From Blasia pusilla (taxonomy: Eukaryota), in assembly GCA_050084515.1 (NCBI GenBank), contig CM114271.1:1-64000 (forward strand): a stretch of 64,000 nucleotides of DNA, in the 5' to 3' direction. The stretch's first letter is position 1, and each line of letters begins with the position of its first letter. The notes under the pieces were generated by a model, which was not told the origin of the DNA, made no database searches, and worked only from the letters and a program-made list of their open reading frames with translations. A program made the translations under genes and the position numbers. Shown piece after piece: positions 1-11,364 of the stretch.

Positions 1-2698
1 CCTAAACCCTAAACTCCTAAACCCTAAACCCTAAACCCTAAACCCTAAACCCTAAACCCTAAAACCCTAAACCCTAAACCCTAAACCCTAAACCCTAAAC
101 CCTAAACCCTAAAAACCCTAAACCCTAAACCCTAAACCCTAAACCCTAAACCCTAAACCCTAAACCCTAAACCCTAAACCCTAAACCCTAAACCCTAAAC
201 CCTAAAAACCCTAAACCCTAAACCCTAAACCCTAAACCTAAAAAAACCCTAAAACCCTAAACTAAACCCTAAACCCTAAACCCTAAACCCTAAACCCTAA
301 ACCCTAAAACCCTAAACCCTAAACCCTAAACCCTAAACCCTAAACCCTAAACTAAACCCTAAACCCTAAACCCTAAACCCTAAACCCTAAACCCTAAACC
401 CTAAACCCTAAACCCTAAACCCTAAACCCTAAACCCTAAACCCTAAACCCTAAACCCTAAACCCTAAACCCTAAACCCTAAACCCTAAACCCTAAACCTA
501 AAAAACCCTAAACCCTAAACCCTAAACCTAAAAACTAAAACCCTAAACCCTAAACCCTAAACCCTAAACCCTAAACCCTAAACCCTAAACCCTAAACCCT
601 AAACCCTAAACCCTAAACCCTAAACCCTAAACCCTAAACCCTAAACCCTAAACCCTAAACCCTAAACCCTAAACCCTAAACCCTAAACCCTAAACCCTAA
701 ACCCTAAACCCTAAACCCTAAACCCTAAACCCTAAACCCTAAACCCTAAACCCTAAACCCTAAACCCTAAACCCTAAACCCTAAACCCTAAACCCTAAAA
801 CCCTAAACCCTAAACCCTAAACCCTAAACCCTAAACCCTAAACCCTAAACCCTAAACCCTAAACCCTAAACCCTAAACCCTAAACCCTAAACCCTAAACC
901 CTAAAAACCCAAACCCTAAACCTAAACCCTAAACCCTAAACCCTAAACCCTAAACCCTAAACCCTAAACCCTAAACCCTAAACCCTAAACCCTAAACCCT
1001 AAACCCTAAACCCTAAACCCTAAACCCTAAACCCTAAACCCTAAACCCTAAACCCTAAACCCTAAACCCTAAACCCTAAACCCTAAACCCTAAACCCTAA
1101 ACCCTAAACCCTAAAAAACCCTAAAAACCGTAAACCCTAAACCCTAAACCCTAAACCCTAAACCCTAAACCCTAAACCCTAAACCCTAAACCCTAAACCC
1201 TAAACCCTAAACCCTAAACCCTAAACCCTAAACCCTAAACCCTAAACCCTAAACCCTAAACCCTAAACCCTAAAAACCCTAAACCCTAAAACCCTAAACC
1301 CTAAACCCTAAACCCTAAACCCTAAACCCTAAACCCTAAACCCTAAAAACCCTAAACCCTAAACCCTAAACCCTAAACCCTAAACCCTAAACCCTAAACC
1401 CTAAACCCTAAACCCTAAACCCTAAACCCTAAACCCTAAAACCCTAAACCCTAAACCCTAAACCCTAAACCCTAAACCCTAAACCCTAAACCCTAAACCC
1501 TAAACCCTAAACCCTAAACCCTAAACCCTAAACCCTAAACCCTAAACCCTAAACCCTAAACCCTAAACCCTAAAAACCCTAAACCCTAAACCCTAAACCC
1601 TAAACCCTAAACCCTAAACCCTGAACCCTAAACCCTAAACCCTATAAACCCTAAACCCTAAACCCTAAACCCTAAACCCTAAACCCTAAACCCTAAACCC
1701 TAAACCCTAAACCCTAAACCCTAAACCCTAAAACCCTAAACCCTAAACCCTAAACCCTAAACCCTAAACCCTAAACCCTAAACCCTAAACCCTAAACCCT
1801 AAACCCTAAACCCTAAACCCTAAACCCTAAACCCTAAACCCTAAACCCTAAACCCTAAACCCTAAACCCTAAACCTAAACCCTAAACCCTAAACCCTAAC
1901 CCTAAACCCTAAACCCTAAACCCTAAACCCTAAACCCTAAACCCTAAACCCTAAACCCTAAACCCTAAACCCTAAACCCTAAACCCTAAACCCCTAAACC
2001 CTAAACCCTAAACCCTAAACCCTAAACCCTAAACCCTTAACCCTAAACCCTAAACCCTAAACCCTAAACCCTAAACCCTAAACTCCTAAACCCTAAACCC
2101 TAAACCCTAAACCCTAAACCCTAAACCCTAAACCCTAAACCCTAAACCCTAAACCCTAAACCCTAAACCCTAAAACCCTAAACCCTAAACCCTAAACCCT
2201 AAACCCTAAACCCTAAACCCTAAACCCTAAACCCTAAACCCTAAACCCTAAACCCTAAACCCTAAACCCTAAACCCTAAACCCTAAACCCTAAACCTAAA
2301 CCCTAAACCCTAAACCCTAAACCCTAAACCCTAAACCCTAAACCCTAAACCCTAAAACCCTAAACCCTAAACCCTAAACCCTAAACCCTAAACCCTAAAC
2401 CCTAAACCCTAAACCCTAAACCCTAAACCCTAAACCCTAAACCCTAAACCCTAAACCCTAAACCCTAAACCCTAAACCCTCTAAACCCTAAACCCCTAAA
2501 CCCTAAACCCTAAACCCTAAACCCTAAAACCCTAAACCCTAAACCTAAACCTAAACCTCCTAAAACCCTAAACCCTAAACCCTAAACCCTAAACCCTAAA
2601 CCCTAAACCCTAAACCCTAAACCCTAAAACCCTAAAAAGCCTAAAAAAAAACCCTAAAACCCTAAACCCTAAACCCTAAACCCTAAACCCTTAACCCT
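1..2698 (+). repeat. Telomeric array (CCCTAAA)n, C-strand of the plant TTTAGGG telomere (left chromosome end)
   Basis: Near-perfect CCCTAAA tandem array from base 1, with occasional variant units; C-rich on +, as expected at a 5' chromosome end. Confidence 0.99.
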
Positions 2699-2747
2699 GA
2701 AGAGTCAAGCAATTGGGTCATGTGATGGGCAGGAAGTAGATACAAAA

Positions 2748-2838
2748 CCCTAAAACCCTAAACCCCTAAAACCCTAACCCGTGAACCCTAAACCCTTAAC
2801 CCTAAACCCTTAACGCTTAACCCTAAAGCGTTAACCTA
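2748..2838 (+). repeat. Proximal degenerate telomeric repeats
   Basis: Variant units (CCCTTAA, CCCGTGAA, CGCTTAA) lie between a 49-bp non-telomeric insert (2699-2747) and unique sequence. Confidence 0.9.
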
Positions 2839-2839
2839 G

Positions 2840-4980
2840 ATGGCCAAGAGACACAGAACAATGAACAAGATGTTACACAAGGATTATAGTCAAAAATTTT
2901 CAGAAGAGTCAAGCAATTGGGTCATGTGATGGGCAGGAAGTAGATACAAAAAATAGGAGCAGAGCTTATAAGAATCAACATGCATGGAAGGACATATGGT
3001 AATCTCTCTTCGATTGGATAGAATTTCGTGTAGAAAGTGGTAGGATCTTCTGCAAAGTCTGCAAATAGGGAAAGGGAGAGCTCGTTTGCAAGGGATGGTT
3101 CCATAAATTGTAAGGTCTTGGCCTTCAGAGATCATGCCAAATCAAATGAGCATATGAAGCTCTCTTGCATTGCTAACATAGGGAAGAGGTCAATGGGCAA
3201 GGGCATTGCAACTACTAATCAAACTTGTGATGTAGCGTGATTGACTTTATTTAAGTTGTTTCATTGCAAGGGAAGCCTTGCCTTTTGTGAAATTCCGGTA
3301 TTTTTGTAAGTTGTTGTATTTTGTGAATGCCCCATTGACCACAAAGTTGTACTGAGATGAGAAGATCGAGCTGCAATGATATGTGCTTTTTCATCAGCCA
3401 AGTTTTTCTCAGAAGGACCTTTAGTAAAGTGCTTAAGTCTCCTTTTTTCGGGATTATGAAAGATGAATCCACGGATATTTCCGAAACACGGCATTTAGTT
3501 GTATTTGTAACGTACTTAGAAGAGGGCCAAGTTGAGAGCTCATTTCTAGGATTGATGCAAAGAAGTGATCCAATGCTATTACTAGTACTCTTTTGGAGTT
3601 GATGAAGGATTCACGGCTTGAGAGTACAAAAATGGTAGCTTTTGGCTCTGACAGAGCCTTAACTATGGTAGGAAGTCAGAATGGGATAGCCTCTCAGCTC
3701 AAGCCTAAAGCCTTTCTGCTCTTTGTACTTTGTGTAGCACATAGGACCAATTTGGCTGCTTTGACAACAACCAAAACACCACCTTGCAAGGAGACATCAA
3801 CACATATAGAATCCATCTTGAATGCTCTAGCTAGATACTTTAGGAGATCTTCCAAGAGGAAGTGTGCTCTTGCAACATTACAAGAGAAACTGAATGGCTC
3901 CCAGAGGATTATGAAAAGGTATCATAAAATTCATTGGTTGTCACGTTGGCAAGCAGTGACTACATTATGTGCTTCGTTGGAATCTGTTCTTAGGTATTTC
4001 GGGATACTTCGCCTTCCAAGGATGATGGTAACGCAACTAATTTATACAACAGGTTGAGATCATTTGAAATGATCTACCAATTGTATTTTCTGGCTTATAT
4101 TTTGTCAATTCTTGCAAACTTGAGTAAAGTTTTTCAACACAAATTTGTAGATGTTAGTACTATTGGCAGCATAATGAATTCTGAAATTGCCTCTATTATA
4201 ATGAATTTTGTGATGGAAAACCATGACTCGAATGCTTCTACTTTCTCACAAGATACAGAGTAGTATATTTTGCTTGATTTTGGTCTCCCTAGAGAATATC
4301 TGAAGCGCCTGCAACCTGAGATAAGGGATAGAAAGTTCCATAGCATAGAGATGGTGAGAGATCGAATGGGAAAGGACTTGGAATCTGCTTTAACCTTTCA
4401 AGAGAATTTTTCAGAGAGTGTATGTACAAGTTTACATGAGCGGTTTAAAGACAACAATTTGATTGGTGCAATGAGGGTATTGAATCCTCTAAACATGCCT
4501 TCAAGGCAAGTAGGGTTGAATAGTTGGGATAGTAAGGAGGTAGATGAGTTATAAGCACATTTTGGAGTGACACTACCACCGAGGGGTCATTTGGGTTTAG
4601 GGTTTAGGGGTCATTTGCAGCGTGCTCTTATTCCAATCATTCAAGCTCATGTCCACAACTAAGTGGAAAGACCAAAACTTTCGAGACTTATGGGCTATGG
4701 TAAGTTGGAGTAATGTAAGGTCACCTACTTGTGTTAGCTAATATTGCTAGAGTACAATGTGTAAGTACAACTATTTTTGAGAGAGCTTTCTCTATTCAGA
4801 ATACTATTAAGACTAAAATTCGTAATAGATTGATGACAAAATATTTGGATGCGGTATTTAGGATTGCTAGTACCTGATTATGAGGATTATGAGGATCTCT
4901 TGTTAAATCAGTAGTACTTTGGAAAAATAATGCAAACTTTAGATATGTATGTTCCAACCTAGAAGTATATCGTTGATCTA
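2840..4980 (+). pseudogene. hAT (ZNF862-like) transposase pseudogene
   Basis: Fragmented ORFs with SPFFGIMKDESTDIS (first catalytic D), FGSDRALTMVG, CVAHRTNLA (CxxH), IHWLSRW, and a C-terminal dimerization-like ERAFSIQNTIKTKIRNRL; multiple stops and frameshifts. Confidence 0.9.
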
Positions 4981-5508
4981 CCAATAGAAGCAACAAATGA
5001 AGTTGAGAATGTTGCAAGTCCATCTATTCCAAATGTGTAAGATAGTGGTAGAAGAGGGAATGGAGTGGGGAGGGAGGGGGCACCATTTTGTAATACTTTG
5101 GAGTTTTTCATGGAACTTCAAGTATTATGGAGAGGTAAGATACTTGGTCCATGTGGGAGGCTTGACGAGGTTCAAATCCTAAGGATATGTTAGAGTGAAA
5201 GTATCATAAGAAATTCACAATAAGGAATGATATTTGAATTGCACATAATAATAAGGGTGGAGAGGTTTGCCCACGTTCAAATACCTTTCTCAAGGATGTG
5301 AAAGTCATGCAAATGTGAGTAGAAAAAGAGAGTGCAAGAAAAGAAAAATTACTGGGACGATTGGCCGCCTGTAAACACAAGTCCTAAAAATGCACGGATT
5401 TCAGAAATGTACTTTGACAAATTTTACTCATAATTAGGTGCTTAATTTTTTTTAAGCTCCTCCTCCCGGGAATCTGCGGGTTGCCGGGGAAAAACTGCCC
5501 GGACCCTG
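2840..5508 (+). mobile_element. hAT-superfamily DNA transposon, 5'-truncated by the telomere
   Basis: Homologous to the element at 11365-15478. Its right end (...AAAACTGCCCGGACCCTG, 5508) matches the right end of that element (...AAATCTTCCCGAACCCTG, 15478). No left end is present. Confidence 0.85.
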
Positions 5509-6891
5509 GCCTGAACGGATAGCACAGACCAATTCATTCAAATGTCTCCTCCCTGAGGGCCTGAACGTAACGGGTCGTTTAGGTACTACTGAAGTCAGAT
5601 GCTGGTCGTCTTGTGGAATGTGGATGCGAGGTACTCTTGTAGTGTTGCCTGGGCCAAAGAAGGCGTACACTTGGCCTCATTAATGATTTCTTGGGACAAC
5701 GGATTTCCCAAAATTACTATTCGGCCACCGTTTGGAAGGAGAACTGACTGGAACGGAGGATTTTCAAAGAATGCAAGTCCGACTGTGTGGTCGTCGGGAT
5801 GTGGTCGTCGGGATGGATGGCCAGACATTTATTGTGATTCTATTGAAGAGCATCAGGATATTATCATTTCATTCGTGGGAGCAATGCGGATTTCAACTTG
5901 AGTCTTCGGTGCACTTGTGAAAAAGTGTAATAATAAATAGAAAGTAGGATTGGAAACCCATCAGGATACAAATGAGGGGCATAAAGAGGAAAAAAAACCA
6001 TAGAAAGGAGCCAAAACCGGCCCCAAATGCACTTGAGAACGGGCTTGACAGATTTAGGGAACCACACGTCGAGTACGGCACAAGAAGTCGCAGATGACGT
6101 AGGAAAAATTACAACAACTTAATTTTTGGATTAGTAATAGTTTTATTGAAACTGGCATTTGGCAGATATAGATAATGCGAGTCGGCACAATGTTTCGACA
6201 AGAATCGAACTAACCTTGATTTTGAGTGTGCGATGACACAACGGTTATCTGCCCAGGCCAATGAAACACTTTCCTAACGAAACGGTGTTTCAACATTCTA
6301 GAGAATCCCTTTCTTCTTGGGTTATAAGCTTCTGAACATGTGCTCATGAATGCTTCATAACAAGCTCGCAATCTGAGCACAAGACTAGTACATTATTCAC
6401 ATCTATGATACGCTGGACCAGAAGAATAATATAATTCGGTATGTGAATATACCAAACCAGTATTTACCCATGTCAACAAGAGTAGCGTTGCTAAGGTGGC
6501 GATCCTTGCAACCACCATTATTCCTAACAATAACAATTGGTTCAAACAACACAAATTGCGGAGATCAGGGGGTCGGTCCATGTGAAGCCAACTAATCCAT
6601 CAAGCTAGAGGCCGATGCCAGCAGCCAAAAGAAAGACATGGAGCTAGATGAGGAAGCTGTGTACAGGTTCATAACCCGGCGTGCCAGCCGCACTCACAAT
6701 CCGGACAGATCTGTTACAGCCGAAGTTAGAACTACGCTCGCGTCATAGATGTGTTGCAAAGAATATTAAAAAATAGACCCGCGGCCATCTACCAAACATG
6801 TATTCGACGTCCTGAAATCAAACGAGGACGAGATTATAGGAATCAGGTTAGAGGAGGCCGCACCTTAAGTACCGCGTCACGAAGTTGTGGA

Positions 6892-7200
6892 TCAACCCTG
6901 AATCCAGACGGCGCGCAGTTTGGTTCTGCCTTGCACAACACAGCCCGGTCCGAAGATTTGCGCCACACTACTGTACTGCTCACAATCCCTCTGGTTATGA
7001 ATGGAGACTCGGGTGTCGCCGCTGACTTCGGTGATGCGAACTGCGCCCTGGTCATTGAACCTCTGACAAGTATTACCGCCCACGAAGAAGGTGTTGGTAG
7101 GATTACCATCACAGCTGGCCGAATTGAACGTCTCAATCTTCGCAGCTTCCGTCAATGCTGCGAGTAGCAGTAACGCACAAATAACTCGTAGGATGGCCAT
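6892..7200 (-). CDS. Small secreted Cys-containing protein, MiAMP1-like antimicrobial peptide candidate (copy A)
   Basis: Intact 102-aa ORF with a hydrophobic signal peptide ending in TEA-A. Four mature Cys. Motifs IETFNSASC, SIHNQRDC and RAVWIQG resemble MiAMP1 FTVWSGPGC, ALYNQAGC and KSIFIQC. The ORF is conserved without indels in copy B while the flanks carry indels. Confidence 0.85.
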   Translation of the reverse strand: MAILRVICALLLLAALTEAAKIETFNSASCDGNPTNTFFVGGNTCQRFNDQGAVRITEVSGDTRVSIHNQRDCEQYSSVAQIFGPGCVVQGRTKLRAVWIQG

Positions 7201-7255
7201 GATCGATTGCTAGCGTTGAAGATCAATGGAAGAATGCAAGTCGATCGCAAGGATT

Positions 7256-7565
7256 TTTATATAGCCACGAAATGAAATTCCCAGGGAGCTAGTTGCTTGA
7301 GCGAGTGGTTGAGTTGTGAAAGGAGGTGGTCACCGCTGGGCTTATAAACTGTCGAGCTATGCATAAGGGCCTGCGTGTGATCGGTCAAATTGACTGTCGG
7401 ACCCCGCGTGACCTGTCATCCTAAACTTTTAGGCGTAGAGCTTGTCCATATAATACGTCATCGCAGCGTGATGCGTTACGCATGCGTTTAGGTTATGATC
7501 TAGTCCCAAGGAAACAACTCCAGTTCAAGTGTGAGACATAGATCGTCCATGGGTGACGCGGCGTG
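7256..7565 (-). promoter_or_regulatory. Putative promoter of peptide gene A (TATA-like motifs, W-boxes, TGACG motifs)
   Basis: CTATATAAA on the minus strand at 7256-7264; TTTATAAG at 7341-7348 (conserved in copy B); W-boxes GGTCAA 7383-7388 and TTGACT 7390-7395; TGACG cores near 7455 and 7554. Confidence 0.5.
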
Positions 7566-8379
7566 AGCTTGATTTTTGAAAGACCGGAATTGAGACGTCA
7601 ATTTCTGGAACGTATGACCGGTCCGCGTCTTGTCAGTTGTACCCTCCCAAACGTGTCCTCCGAAGGAAAGCGACAGCATTCATTTCTCGCTTTCGAGTTC
7701 GCGAATTTGCGGAATGTTTTCCGGAAGATTTCATGGAAACCATTTCAGCATTTATTGCACAAAAAGGTTGTCGGTACTGTCTACCGCCCGGCGTAAAACG
7801 CCTCAGCGGATGTCCGTTTCCTAGACAACGTGACACCCAGTGACCCACTTCTAATGCAGGGCTTCAAGAATTTTTTTGGACTAATCTAGTAAAATTCGCC
7901 TGGCAATCGACCCAGAACTCAGTGCATTGCAGTAAATCAACCCTCCGTACAATAGACAGGGTAGGAAAAGCATGTGGGGATACATATAGGTCATAGAAAA
8001 AAAAGCGTAAGAAAAAAAAGCTACCCAGCAGAGCGGTACTGGAGTCCAGGCTGGAAGATAAAAGGAACAAAATAACTTCCCCGTCGGGAAAACATGTGCG
8101 TGACATAAATGTTTCACCTAAGAAAGACTGGAGGTTGGAATCCTCGGAAAGAAAGGAAACGGATTTAACGGAACTGCCAAAAAGCATTCCGTATTCCCAC
8201 TTGTATAGGATGGGTTTCCTACCTATTTTCTATTTCTTACTACACTTTTTTTTCTCTTCTTTCTTTAATTTTTTTAAAATTTTAATTAATGGTGAAAAAA
8301 AAACTTGTGCTACCACAATAAATAAATATTCTTATGCTCGATCCGAAACGGACCAGAGATAAATTTGGATTGCGTATGT

Positions 8380-9420
8380 TCATGCGGACATTAATGAAGT
8401 TAAGATTTGGAATCCACCAATAAAACCTTCTCGTTGAGACTTACGAAATTAAGATTTATCGAAAAAAAATTTAACCAAACAATAGACTAGAGTAGAAAAT
8501 CGTAGCGGGGCGTAGAGCGTGCAGTTAATTTTCCACAAGTAGAAAGGTGAATAACGTCAAGAAGAAGGTCAAGAGTTGTTACAGAGACTCATCTTGAAAA
8601 GAAGTCTGTAGATAAAGTCGGGGAGGAAAAATGGCGCTCCTCATAATCTGTTGATTCCAGGCCTTGCCTTATTTCAGAAGAACATTATTCTTATCTTATA
8701 ATTTTCTATTATATCTTGTCTTTCTCCTTGTCAATGTGTTACATGTTTTCAAATTTTCTTATATTCAGATTTTCATGGCTTCTCCTCAAGGGAACGCGCT
8801 TCTTAACCAGACCCCTTTAGGAAAAGGAGCTCTTCCAATTTCTCACACTTTAAGCTTACGGTTCGTGTGCCGACCCTTACTAGTAAAACTTAGAATTTGG
8901 CAACATTTTAAAATTACAAATTGAACGAGTGATTTATAGTAAGTCACTTAGGCTAAAAATTGGTGACAAGTGTTTTTCTCGAAGTCCTTGGAACACATAT
9001 TAACACATTTCTCACTGCCGTCGATAATGGACACAAATCCTGTTCACTAGAAGATGGCTTGGTGATTTATTAAACGAGAAAGACCCATAAAGAGAATAAT
9101 GAAGCAAAGAAACTAACTCTGAACGGCACTACTACGGTGCCCAAAGTATCATTGCAAACTGCGTGAACACATGCACTGTGATACAAGTGCATGTGTTACT
9201 TAGTATCCAATCAATTCTGTTATTACGTTCGCGGAAATCAGATGCAATGAATCTTATGTTTACTTCATGCTTTTGACTTTGGTGGCCTGAGCACTGGATT
9301 TTGTCCATGAATGGACGTCCGCATCTATTTGAAACCAACGTTGACTGTACAGGAAAGTCCACCACGCCGATAAAGATTTCGACTGAGTCGTCACACCAAA
9401 CGTCTACCATATTTGATAGA
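8380..9420 (+). repeat. Segmental duplication block Y, copy 1
   Basis: Similar to ~32405-32830 (direct) and ~39500-40420 (inverted); shared motifs include TTCTTAACCA...ATTTCTCACACTTT and CATTTCTCACT. Confidence 0.8.
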
Positions 9421-9748
9421 CCAATAACGGTGGATACCTAGATATCGGTCTGGAGAAACCTTGCAGAATAGTGGGTCGGGATTTACCTGAGGCAGAGTGC
9501 AGGATTTTTTGTTCTTTCAACCCTCCTCTTTCACTGTCCATTCGCTATTGCAGAGAGATGAACGAAACGACAAAGACATTAGCGGAAATAACGGTTGGAC
9601 ATGCACGTGATCCAACTAGCAACCACTTGCAAATTTTCCTGCAGCAAGCGCTTGAAATTCACCCCTATAAGAAGAGTCGTTCATACCTTGCAGTCGTCAG
9701 TATTCTCGAAATTCCTGGCGTACCTCCGTTTCTGTTGTAGTTCGATCC

Positions 9749-9818
9749 TCTGAAGCGGGAACTGTTCTTTAAAGCGTCTACCCACATAGACGCTTTAAAG
9801 AACAGTTCCCGCTTCAGA
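9749..9818. repeat. Perfect 32-bp inverted repeat with 6-nt loop
   Basis: TCTGAAGCGGGAACTGTTCTTTAAAGCGTCTA - CCCACA - exact reverse complement. Confidence 0.97.
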
Positions 9819-10242
9819 ACCCCTAGACATTGGCATTCCTGAATGCATTACCCTGAATGATTACTACAGAGTTGAAAAGTGCCACCAGATTTTATAAACT
9901 AATCTGAAACTGTGACCTTATTCTCCGTTTCTATTATAATTCCGGGCAGCGACGAAAGCTGAATCTGGTTATCCTAAACCATTTCTTTCAAAAATCGATC
10001 TGTTCAGAAATCTGGGCGTGTACGTGGGGTTGAGCGGGTGTCGATTGAATCCTCCCAAATGTATGACAACAGCTGCTCAAACTGAGGACTTGCAACAATG
10101 ACAGATCTACGGGAATGGAGCTGAGCATTCGTTCCGCAAGATCTCCGCTCAAATGCAACGAGTAGACCCGGCTCATCGTATCCTTCTAGCACTGAACGAT
10201 CTGGACGATCTGGACTTGCCATTTGCAAATCTGTGTACTCAA

Positions 10243-10887
10243 TTACGTAAACTCTACTGGACGGGAATTCCAGTCGATGTTGGATCCGGAGGCCATCCTC
10301 TCCTCATCAAACGAGTGGGAGTTATATTCGAGCGATTTGTAAGGATCTCTGTTTTGTGCATCCCAATGCGCGGTTCTGCTGTTACTAGATTCCGATTTGA
10401 ATTCTGCAGAACGGAAGCCCGGATCGCCAGGACCTTCGCCAGGTCCGACGACTTTCTTCACCTTTGATGCCAATTTGTACTCGTCCGATATGGGTACCCA
10501 TTCCCACCATTCAAGGTCTCTCATGGAACCCAGATTCGCCCTCTTTTTTCCTCGGGCTAGTAGCCTCTTGTACTCAGATGTGTTTCTCCATCGATCAAAT
10601 GCTCCGCGCTGAAGTTCAAGTAGTTCTCCATTGTATTGGTTCGGCAGGAGAGGTTTTGCAGTTTTCAAGATCTTCTTAGCCTCTTTGAGAATCACAAGAT
10701 TCCGAATGTAGAAAAAAACATCGACTTCTAATGGGGCAGGAGTCGGACAGGCGTTCTCGTTATTATCGACCGGGGATTCCTCCCTCTCTTCTGAACTAAT
10801 CAAATCTTTCTGGTGTTCGTCTTGCCACCTACCAAAAGCTGTTCGCTGGAGCTCAAGCAGACCTCCGTTATAATCTGCGCCCGCCAT
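10243..10887 (-). CDS. Hypothetical protein or exon with an internal repeated motif
   Basis: Open frame of ~214 codons from the ATG at 10887; YNGGLLELQRTAFGRW recurs as YNGELLELQRGAFDRW; no family recognised. Confidence 0.4.
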   Translation of the reverse strand: MAGADYNGGLLELQRTAFGRWQDEHQKDLISSEEREESPVDNNENACPTPAPLEVDVFFYIRNLVILKEAKKILKTAKPLLPNQYNGELLELQRGAFDRWRNTSEYKRLLARGKKRANLGSMRDLEWWEWVPISDEYKLASKVKKVVGPGEGPGDPGFRSAEFKSESSNSRTAHWDAQNRDPYKSLEYNSHSFDEERMASGSNIDWNSRPVEFT

Positions 10888-11364
10888 CCCCAAAAGCTGC
10901 TATGTTCATGCCTTGGCAGCTCTAAGTCGGAGCAAATGCCGAGGGATTCATCCAGATCCCGGCGGGCGTACATGGGTCAGTGCCTAGCCTAGGGCTAGTT
11001 TGAGCTGAGCAGAGTTGAAGTGAACCGATGCGACTAATCAGGACCCTATTGGAACTTTTTGACGAATCGGATGACCCGAAAATCTATATTTTACTCAAAT
11101 GTTACTATGGTTATTTCAAAATTATACAATTGTAATTGCACGGGCAACATCTAATCTACATTTCTTTTAAACTCTAAAGTAAGATTTCTTGAAATTAATG
11201 GGAAAAGTAAAGCGCAAATTAAGTCACAATTTAATTAAGTCACTCTTGCATTGCACGGTGAATAGCGGAATAAACTTTATTTATAATTAAAACTACTGGA
11301 TTACTTGTGTATGCATGCATTCATTAATTCCCTCTTATGAAAAATATTTTCTAGCTGCCGTTAC

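Larger units (their letters stand above)
5670..7860 (+). repeat. Segmental duplication, peptide-gene block, copy A (paralogous to ~23610-25765)
   Basis: Colinear similarity by eye, e.g. 6176-6240 vs 23981-24050 and 6700-7250 vs 24580-25135; ends approximate. Confidence 0.9.

Noticed and set aside
1-2698. Variant telomere units with longer A runs as a distinct repeat code
   Set aside because: Mostly homopolymer-length changes with no periodicity; indistinguishable from long-read error or slippage.
5508-5567. GGCCTGAACG repeated 50 bp apart next to the hAT end
   Set aside because: Could be a footprint, but too short to interpret without an empty-site allele.
6751-7167. Overlapping and antisense ORFs over the peptide genes (also 24726-25050)
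   Set aside because: Shadows of the conserved CDS; no independent protein features.
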